Shown: piece after piece, positions 57,659-64,000 of the stretch | Position numbering within the stretch: the first letter of the stretch is position 1 | How the letters are laid out: each line of letters opens with the position of its first letter | Assembly: GCA_045597125.1 (NCBI GenBank) | Contig: JAZODR010000052.1 | Coordinates: 34,947-98,946 of the forward strand | Reading direction: 5' to 3' | Source: Eubacteriales bacterium | GTDB lineage: Bacteria > Bacillota > Clostridia > Oscillospirales > SIG627 | DNA: 64,000 nucleotides | Notes under the pieces: generated by a model | What the model saw: the letters and a program-made list of their open reading frames with translations, nothing else | Databases searched by the model: none | What the model was told of the DNA's origin: nothing | Program-made: the position numbers and the translations under genes

Positions 57659-57865
57659 TCACCTCTCAACCTTGATTACGCAATCGGGGCACATCTGCGC
57701 ACAAAATGCACATCCTACGCAATCCTCCTGCTTTGTAATTTCAGCAGGATGGTGACCTTTCTTATTGATCTTATCAGGTGCAAGTCTGATCAGCTTTTTG
57801 GGACAAGCATCAACGCAAAGACCGCAACCCTTACAAAAATCAGTATTGAATGTAAGTTTTGCCAT
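57659..57865 (-). CDS. 4Fe-4S dicluster ferredoxin (oxidoreductase delta subunit)
   Basis: 68 aa with CKGCGLCVDACP and CVGCAFCAQMCP motifs. Confidence 0.88.
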   Translation of the reverse strand: MAKLTFNTDFCKGCGLCVDACPKKLIRLAPDKINKKGHHPAEITKQEDCVGCAFCAQMCPDCVIKVER

Positions 57866-57887
57866 ACAAATTTCTCCTTTTTACAAA

Positions 57888-58547
57888 TCAATAATACTTT
57901 TTTTGCAGCTTCAGCGGATATAGATCCGAAATCTTTCCCCGCAAAGTTTCATAAAGTTCTTCCCGCACGGAAGTCATAACCACAGGCAAGTGGCAAAGCT
58001 TTGCAAAACTTTTTGCTTTTTCAACTGTGGAAAGCACATCCTCGGGAGTAGTTTCTTCTCCTAAATTGGAGTTATTTACAATTCCTGTAAATGAAATACC
58101 TGCAGCCTGTTCCATTTCCTTCATTACCTCCAGCATCGACTGATTGTCTCTGGTAAGAGGTCTAAAAAAATTCACCACCAGCAGCATTTCATAATTGTTC
58201 TCTTCCACAATGGAAGGTGCCAATCTGCCAAGCGCCAAAGCGCCTCTGTCATCTCCGCCAATATCCAAAACAAAATGACTTTCTACATCATCCATCACCG
58301 CATACATTCCCTGAGGCAATGCGGGAACATCTACATTGGTATTGGCAAATTCCGAGGAAATCAAACGAATCCCTGCCTTTTGAAAATCCTCAAGGCTGTC
58401 CTTGGTACGAAAATACGGATTCACAATATCCAAATCACAAACGGATACCTTCTTCCCTTCCCGTTTCAATGAGAACGCAAGATTCACGGCAATATTGGTT
58501 TTACCGCTGCCGTAGTGACCCGCTAAAATGGTAATTCTTTTATCCAT
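57888..58547 (-). CDS. P-loop (SIMIBI-like) ATPase of unknown function
   Basis: About 219 aa. Walker A GHYGSGKTN, then DLD and DIGGDD acidic motifs. The ATG overlaps the ilvE stop (ATGGATAA). Confidence 0.6.
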   Translation of the reverse strand: MDKRITILAGHYGSGKTNIAVNLAFSLKREGKKVSVCDLDIVNPYFRTKDSLEDFQKAGIRLISSEFANTNVDVPALPQGMYAVMDDVESHFVLDIGGDDRGALALGRLAPSIVEENNYEMLLVVNFFRPLTRDNQSMLEVMKEMEQAAGISFTGIVNNSNLGEETTPEDVLSTVEKAKSFAKLCHLPVVMTSVREELYETLRGKISDLYPLKLQKKYY

Positions 58548-59619
58548 TGCAGACCTTGACGGTCCAACCGTTTGCATCCTCGATTTTTCCCCACTGAATA
58601 CCGGTCAGATTATCATAAAGCTTCTGCGTAAGCTGGCCAATCTGATTATCACAAACCACGTACTCCTTGCCCTGATAAAAGAGCTGACCAATGGGAGAAA
58701 CAACGGCAGCAGTGCCTGTTCCCCAAGCTTCCTCGAGTTTGCCGTTTGCGGCAGCCTCAAAGAGCTCGTCCACAGAAATGAGTCTTTCTTCAACGGTGTA
58801 GCCCCAAGAACGGAGAAGTTCTACGCAGCTTTTTCTGGTAATACCGGGAAGGACAGAACCGGTCAGTTCGGGAGTGACGATTTTGCCATCAATCTTGAAC
58901 ATAACGTTCATTGCGCCGACTTCTTCAATGTACTTTCTTTCAACACCGTCCAGCCAAAGAACCTGTGTATAACCGTTCTTTTCAGCCCGTTCACCTGCCC
59001 GAAGAGATGCAGCATAGTTACCGCCGCACTTTGCGTAGCCGGTACCGCCTCTTACCGCACGGACGTCCTGAGACTCAATAGCAATCTTAACGGGATTGAT
59101 ACCCTCAGCGTAGTAAGCGCCAACAGGGGAGCAAATCACAGCTAGGGTAGCATTTTTAACGGCGTGAACGCCAAGGTGAGGGTCATTGCCGTACATAAAA
59201 GGACGAATATAAAGGCTGGTACCTTCGGAATGAGGAACCCAATCCTTCTCAAGCTCCACCAAGGTCTTCAAAATATCAAGAGTGCCTTCTTCATCCACTT
59301 GGGGAAGGCAAAGGCGCTCAGCGCTATTGTTCAATCTTTTGATGTTCTCCATCGGACGGAACATAGAAATTTCACCGTTTGCTTTGCGATATGCCTTCAT
59401 ACCTTCAAAAATTTCAACACCGTAATGAAAAACGGTTGATGCAGGATGAAGCGGAATGGGACCGAAGGGAACGATTCTGGCATCATGCCAACCTTTCTCC
59501 TGATTGTAATCCATTAAGAACATATGGTCGGTAAAAATTTTACCGAATCCGAGCTTAGATTCATCAACAGGCTTCTCCTTGGGAGAAGTGGTTTTGGTGA
59601 TAGAAATGGAATATTTCAT
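58540..59619 (-). CDS. ilvE: branched-chain amino acid aminotransferase (class IV)
   Basis: About 359 aa. FGK.FTDHM, E.GMKAY, R.G.G..K.GGNYA, E..GAMN.F, GITR motifs. Start set at MKYSIS (AAGGAG RBS). Confidence 0.88.
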   Translation of the reverse strand: MKYSISITKTTSPKEKPVDESKLGFGKIFTDHMFLMDYNQEKGWHDARIVPFGPIPLHPASTVFHYGVEIFEGMKAYRKANGEISMFRPMENIKRLNNSAERLCLPQVDEEGTLDILKTLVELEKDWVPHSEGTSLYIRPFMYGNDPHLGVHAVKNATLAVICSPVGAYYAEGINPVKIAIESQDVRAVRGGTGYAKCGGNYAASLRAGERAEKNGYTQVLWLDGVERKYIEEVGAMNVMFKIDGKIVTPELTGSVLPGITRKSCVELLRSWGYTVEERLISVDELFEAAANGKLEEAWGTGTAAVVSPIGQLFYQGKEYVVCDNQIGQLTQKLYDNLTGIQWGKIEDANGWTVKVCNG

Positions 59620-59632
59620 AATAATTCTCCTT

Positions 59633-61921
59633 TTAAAGCTTATTTCTTTGAATTTTACCGCTGACTGTCTTAGGCAATTCATCGCGGAAGACAACCAGTC
59701 TTGGATATTTGTAAGGGGCGGTGTGCTCCTTCACATAATTCTGAATTTCCTTTTTCAGTTCATCGGTACCTTCCGTCCCCTTGGTTAAAACGATGCTCGC
59801 TTTAACAATCTGCCCTCTGACCTCATCAGGAGCAGCGGATACACCGCATTCCAAAACATAAGGAAGTTCCATAATAACGCTTTCAATCTCAAAAGGACCG
59901 ATACGATAACCAGAGGATTTTATTACGTCATCCGCCCTGCCTACGTACCAGAAGAAGCCGTCTTCATCACGCCAAGCAAGGTCGCCGGTATGGTAATAAC
60001 CATCTCGAATCGCCTCATTCGTCTTTTCTTCATCGTTGTAGTATCCAACAAAGAGACCGCAAGGAACGCCGTTTTTCAGATTGATAACAACCTCACCGGG
60101 TTCACCGTTTGCAACGGCATTTCCATCAGCATCAACGAGTTCAACGGCATAAATCGGAGCAGGCTTACCCATAGAGCCAATCTTGTGCGAAGCGCCGATC
60201 ATATTGCCGACAATCATAGTACTTTCCGTCTGACCAAAACCCTCTAAAATCTGAAGTCCGGTGGCCTTTTCAAATTGACGATAAACCTCAGGATTGAGCG
60301 CTTCTCCAGCCGTAGTCATATGACGAACGGAAGACAAATCATATTGTGAAATATCCTGCTTAATCATCATACGAAGCATGGTGGGAGGAGCGCAAAATGT
60401 GGTAATTTGATGTTTGGCAAACATCGGTAGGATCTGGGAAGCGTCAAAACGATCAAAATCATACACGAAAATTGCTGCCTCGCAAAGCCACTGACCATAA
60501 AGTTTACCCCACATAGATTTTGCCCAACCGGTATCGGAAATCGTAAAGTGTAATCCATCGGGATCAACGCAATGCCAATATTTGGCAGTATGGAAATGTC
60601 CAAGAGGATACTTGTGATTATGAGCCGCGATTTTGGGGTAACCGGAAGTACCTGATGTAAAGAACATCAAAAGAAGATCATCGCCGCAGGGAGAATCCTC
60701 AGTACGATTAAAATGGGAACTGTAAAGGGTATATTCTTCGTCAAAAGAACGCCAACCTTCCCTTTTTCCGTTTACAATCAATTTTACGGAAAGTTCGGGA
60801 TGGTTTGCCGCTGCACGGTCAACATGTTCTGCAATATCACCGTCTGCGGTGCAAACAATGCCTTTAACCCCCGCAGCCCCAAAACGATAATCCAAATCGT
60901 GTTCAAGAAGTTGATTCGGAGCAGGAATTGCAACAGCACCGAGCTTATTTAACCCAAGCATTGCAAACCAAAACTGATAATGGCGCTTCAAGATCAGCAT
61001 AACCTTGTCGCCTTTTTTGATGCCAAGAGATTTAAAATAATTTGCACACTGGTTAGAAGCCTTCTTAATATCTTTAAAGGTAAATCTTCTCTCTGTAAGA
61101 TCCTTGGCGATATGAAGCATTGCCAATTTATTAGGCTCTCGCGCGGCAAGCTCATCAATTAAATCAAATGCGAAATTGAATTTCTCCGTATTTTTAAACT
61201 GAATAGAAAGCGGTGTTCCCTTTTCATTTTCCACAACGTCAATGAAATTCTGATAAACACGAGGTTTGGTATCCTTCTTGCCAACTATGCCGGAAGCAAT
61301 TGCCTTAGGCGTAGTAAGCTCGGGAATCGGCTCACCGGTAGGATTTAAAACAATGGCATAGAATACACAATCCTCGCCTTGAACGGCAATCATACCATGG
61401 GGAGCGGAACTATCATAATAAATGCTGTCACCCGGACCGAGAACTTCTCTGTGCTCTCCGATTTGTACCATCAAATGACCTTCAATGACGATATCACATT
61501 CCTGCCCGGAGTGGGTCGTCAATTCAATATCACGATTCTGCGCCGCTTCATCATAACGAATCTTAACATACAAAGGCTCTGCAATACGGTTACGAAAAGC
61601 GTATGCCATATTGTAGTAGGTCATACCGTGTGCATCGGTAATTTCCTGCCCTTCTCCACTTCTGGTCAAGGTATAGGACTTCAAATTCGGACTATGGCCT
61701 TCTATAATATCCGTTACATTAACGTTCAATGCTAAAGAACAACGATAAATAAAGGCAAAATTCAAATCGCTTCTTCCGTTTTCGCAATCCAGATATTCTT
61801 CCACCGAAACATCGGTTTTTATCGCCATCTCTTCAGGGGTAAGCCCTTGAATCTGACGAAGCTCGCGAATACGCGCAGCCATTTCCTGAATTTTAAATTC
61901 AAGTCCTGTAATCTTATTCAT
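59633..61921 (-). CDS. fusion protein: XRE-type HTH + cupin domain + AMP-forming (medium/short-chain type) acyl-CoA synthetase
   Basis: About 762 aa. N-terminal IRELRQIQGLTPEEMA...VS.YE.G. HTH, a cupin core (HSGQE.D.V.EG....IG.......GDS.Y..S...H). The ligase motifs are FTSGTSGYPK, GFGQTE, HTGD, GRADDVIKSSGYRIGPFEIES and SGKIQR. Start set at MNKITG (GGAG RBS). Confidence 0.85.
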   Translation of the reverse strand: MNKITGLEFKIQEMAARIRELRQIQGLTPEEMAIKTDVSVEEYLDCENGRSDLNFAFIYRCSLALNVNVTDIIEGHSPNLKSYTLTRSGEGQEITDAHGMTYYNMAYAFRNRIAEPLYVKIRYDEAAQNRDIELTTHSGQECDIVIEGHLMVQIGEHREVLGPGDSIYYDSSAPHGMIAVQGEDCVFYAIVLNPTGEPIPELTTPKAIASGIVGKKDTKPRVYQNFIDVVENEKGTPLSIQFKNTEKFNFAFDLIDELAAREPNKLAMLHIAKDLTERRFTFKDIKKASNQCANYFKSLGIKKGDKVMLILKRHYQFWFAMLGLNKLGAVAIPAPNQLLEHDLDYRFGAAGVKGIVCTADGDIAEHVDRAAANHPELSVKLIVNGKREGWRSFDEEYTLYSSHFNRTEDSPCGDDLLLMFFTSGTSGYPKIAAHNHKYPLGHFHTAKYWHCVDPDGLHFTISDTGWAKSMWGKLYGQWLCEAAIFVYDFDRFDASQILPMFAKHQITTFCAPPTMLRMMIKQDISQYDLSSVRHMTTAGEALNPEVYRQFEKATGLQILEGFGQTESTMIVGNMIGASHKIGSMGKPAPIYAVELVDADGNAVANGEPGEVVINLKNGVPCGLFVGYYNDEEKTNEAIRDGYYHTGDLAWRDEDGFFWYVGRADDVIKSSGYRIGPFEIESVIMELPYVLECGVSAAPDEVRGQIVKASIVLTKGTEGTDELKKEIQNYVKEHTAPYKYPRLVVFRDELPKTVSGKIQRNKL

Positions 61922-61940
61922 ACAAACTCCATATCCGGGA

Positions 61941-62205
61941 CAAAAAAGCACTCGTCCCAAAAGTCTTTACTTTGAGACGAGCGCATAATTTGTAACACCC
62001 GCGGTACCACTCAAATTGCAGATAAACTGCCACTCAGGATCCAACAACCCGTATGCATTTACGCAGCAATCACGGAGAGGTTCTACTCCCTTTCGGTTTC
62101 TTCCTCTCGGCTCGGAAGCTACCAACAAAGCATCAATCCTTAGTGACTCGCACCGTCCGTCACTTCTCTGAAAGGTCTTTGCATCGCCCTCTTCTTCAAC
62201 GCCTT
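61941..62205 (-). promoter_or_regulatory. T-box riboswitch leader, probable specifier GUA (tRNA-Val); alternative register GGU
   Basis: Minus strand: a K-turn GGCGTTGAA...CGAGCC, an AG bay CAGAGAAG, a distal loop GGTGCGA, the specifier context TTG-GTA-G-CTTC, the T-box TTTGAGTGGTACCGCGGG, and the terminator ctcgtctcaaagt-aaag-acttttgggacgag plus a T-run at 61941-61981. Confidence 0.8.
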
Positions 62206-62217
62206 TAAAGATAATTT

Positions 62218-62246
62218 ATTATAACACTTTCATACAATTATGTCAA
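62218..62246 (-). promoter_or_regulatory. sigma-A-like promoter of the Val T-box leader
   Basis: Minus strand: TTGACA, 17 nt spacer, TATAAT. Confidence 0.65.
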
Positions 62247-62269
62247 GATAAAAGAAGAATTTTTCCTCA

Positions 62270-64000
62270 TCAAAGCTTATTTCGTTGAATTTTGCCGCTG
62301 ATGGTCTTAGGAAGTTCGTCGCGGAATTCAATTACACGGGGATATTTATAGGGAGCAGTATGCGCTTTTACATAGCTTTGAATTTGTTTTTTCAATTCTT
62401 CATTGCCTTCTGTCCCCTTAGTCAAAACGATACTTGCCTTAACAACCTGACCTCTCACCTCATCGGGCACTGCGGAAACACCACATTCCACAACGTAAGG
62501 CAATTCCATAATTACACTTTCAATCTCGAAGGGACCGATACGATAACCTGAAGATTTAATAACGTCATCCACACGGCTAACATACCAGAAAAAGCCATCT
62601 TCATCCCGCCACGCAGTGTCACCCGTATGATACAGACCGTCATACCAAGCATCATTGGTCTTTTCTGCATCACGATAATATTCCTTGAATAAACCGCAAG
62701 GAATCGTTTCTTCCGTGTGAATAACGATTTCGCCAACCTCGCCGGCAGGAAGACTCTTTCCATCGGGGTCAACAATATCAATATCGAATTGTGGAGAAGC
62801 TTTACCCATAGAACCGATTTTCGGAACAGTTCCCGCAAGGTTTGCAATTACAAGAGTCGTTTCCGTCTGTCCGAATCCCTCCATAATCTCAAGTCCGGTA
62901 GCTTCCTTAAATTTCTTAAATACCTCGGGATTCAGCGCTTCTCCTGCAGTGGTCATATGATGAATCGAAGAAAGATCATACTTGGAAAGGTCACCGCGGA
63001 TCAGCATTCTAAGCATGGTGGGAGGAGCGCAGAAGGTGGTAATATTGTATTTTGCAAACATAGGCAATATATCATTTTCATCGAACCGATCAAAGTCGTA
63101 CACAAAAACGGCACCTTCGCAAAGCCATTGTCCGTAAAGCTTACCCCAAAGAGATTTACCCCATCCCGTATCAGAAATGGTTAGATGCAAACCGTCCCGT
63201 TCGCAGCAATGCCAATATTTAGCGGTAACGAAGTGCCCAAGCGCATAAGTATGCTTGTGCGCTGCCATTTTAGGATTTCCGGTTGTACCGGAAGTAAAGA
63301 ACATCAAAGCCGTCTCATCTCCAGCAGAAGCATCCTCGGGACGAACAAATTTTCTGCTGAAAAGTTTGAATTCTTCATTAAAATCGTGCCAATTCTCTTT
63401 TTTGCCTCCAACAAGAATCAAATTCTTTACAGAAGGACAATTCTTCGCAGCAGCCTCGGCAATATCAGCAACGTCCCCATCGGCAGTACATACGATGGCA
63501 GAAACTTCAGCAGCGTTGAAACGGTATTCGAAATCGTGCTGCTTAAGCTGATTGGTAGCGGGAATTGCAACTGCACCAATCTTATGAAGTGCAACCATTG
63601 CAAACCAGAACTGATAATGACGCTTCAAAACCAGCATAACCTTATCACCTTTTTTGATACCCAAAGAGGTAAAATAGTTTGCGCACTGGTTTGAATACTG
63701 CTTCATATCCTTAAAGGTAAATCGACGCTCGGTTTTATTTACATCCAAGTGAAGCATAGCAAGTTTCTCAGGGTATTGTTCGGCAATGCCGTCAACAATA
63801 TCAAAACCGAAATTGAATTTGTCTGTATTAACAAATTCAATGCTTTCCAATGCCCCTTCGGCATTTTCCTCGGTTTTAATAAACTTTTCGCAAATCAAAG
63901 ACTGAGAACTTTTAGCAGTCACAAGGCTATTGCGAACAACTTCTTCTTTTGTTTCTTCACCCGGCAAAACCACCGCACAGAACACACAGTCTTCCCCATC
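62270..64000 (-). CDS. paralogous cupin + AMP-forming acyl-CoA synthetase (5' end outside the window)
   Basis: Collinear with 59633..61921 and highly similar in the C-terminal half. The reading frame stays open to the window edge (..DGEDCVFCAVVL, compare GEDCVFYAIVL of the cupin domain), so the track start at 63985 is not the true start. Confidence 0.85.
   Translation of the reverse strand, partial: DGEDCVFCAVVLPGEETKEEVVRNSLVTAKSSQSLICEKFIKTEENAEGALESIEFVNTDKFNFGFDIVDGIAEQYPEKLAMLHLDVNKTERRFTFKDMKQYSNQCANYFTSLGIKKGDKVMLVLKRHYQFWFAMVALHKIGAVAIPATNQLKQHDFEYRFNAAEVSAIVCTADGDVADIAEAAAKNCPSVKNLILVGGKKENWHDFNEEFKLFSRKFVRPEDASAGDETALMFFTSGTTGNPKMAAHKHTYALGHFVTAKYWHCCERDGLHLTISDTGWGKSLWGKLYGQWLCEGAVFVYDFDRFDENDILPMFAKYNITTFCAPPTMLRMLIRGDLSKYDLSSIHHMTTAGEALNPEVFKKFKEATGLEIMEGFGQTETTLVIANLAGTVPKIGSMGKASPQFDIDIVDPDGKSLPAGEVGEIVIHTEETIPCGLFKEYYRDAEKTNDAWYDGLYHTGDTAWRDEDGFFWYVSRVDDVIKSSGYRIGPFEIESVIMELPYVVECGVSAVPDEVRGQVVKASIVLTKGTEGNEELKKQIQSYVKAHTAPYKYPRVIEFRDELPKTISGKIQRNKL

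Noticed and set aside
57039-57755. 238 aa plus-strand ORF
   Set aside because: It is antisense to the oxidoreductase alpha and ferredoxin genes. It is a shadow ORF with no recognisable motifs.
55302-57865. Calling the four-subunit oxidoreductase korABCD (2-oxoglutarate-specific) or porABCD
   Set aside because: Subunit sizes and motifs alone cannot distinguish VOR, KOR and POR. The context (ilvE, T-box, acyl-CoA synthetases) favours branched-chain 2-oxoacids, so I left the substrate unassigned in the feature calls and flagged it as a test.
1-64000. Search for CRISPR arrays, transposases, integrases, phage genes, toxin-antitoxin or defence islands, and long direct or inverted repeats
   Set aside because: I recognised none. 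The only extended repeat is the tandem paralogy of the two acyl-CoA synthetase genes (59633..61921 versus 62270..64000), plus the short hairpins listed as terminators or RNA elements.

Overview
The window looks like core chromosome from a low-GC, spore-forming Firmicute, probably Clostridia (CotF-like and YlmC/YmxH sporulation genes; the taxon call is inference only). I support about 62 CDS, one tRNA-Ser(GGA), a Bacillus-type large SRP RNA in the conserved ffs-dnaX-ybaB-recR arrangement, two T-box leaders, and several sigma-A-like promoters and intrinsic terminators. I found no transposases, integrases, CRISPR arrays or recognisable defence systems.

Most of the window is housekeeping:
- ruvX, yajC, pcrA, maf, ygiQ, thyA-folA, recR/ybaB/dnaX, rpiB, tsaB/tsaE, rqcH and sufC/sufBD.
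- A two-component system and a sortase B.
- metY-metA, an argHCJBDF operon with an ARG box, and a yerC-hisZGDCBHAFIE operon.

The unusual part is 51-64 kb on the minus strand:
- A probable Val (GUA) T-box precedes an operon encoding an HTH-cupin-acyl-CoA synthetase fusion, the aminotransferase IlvE, a P-loop ATPase, a ferredoxin and a four-subunit 2-oxoacid:ferredoxin oxidoreductase. A tandem paralogue of the fusion gene lies upstream.
- With no terminator in between, a Leu (CUC) T-box follows. It precedes a LeuA paralogue that has lost its catalytic Asp/His/His residues but keeps the Leu-binding regulatory domain. Next comes a TIM-barrel/acyl-CoA-ligase fusion.

I read this as a tRNA-charging-controlled module that salvages branched-chain fatty acids into branched-chain amino acids by reductive carboxylation. 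That reading is inference. All start-site refinements come from manual RBS and overlap inspection.
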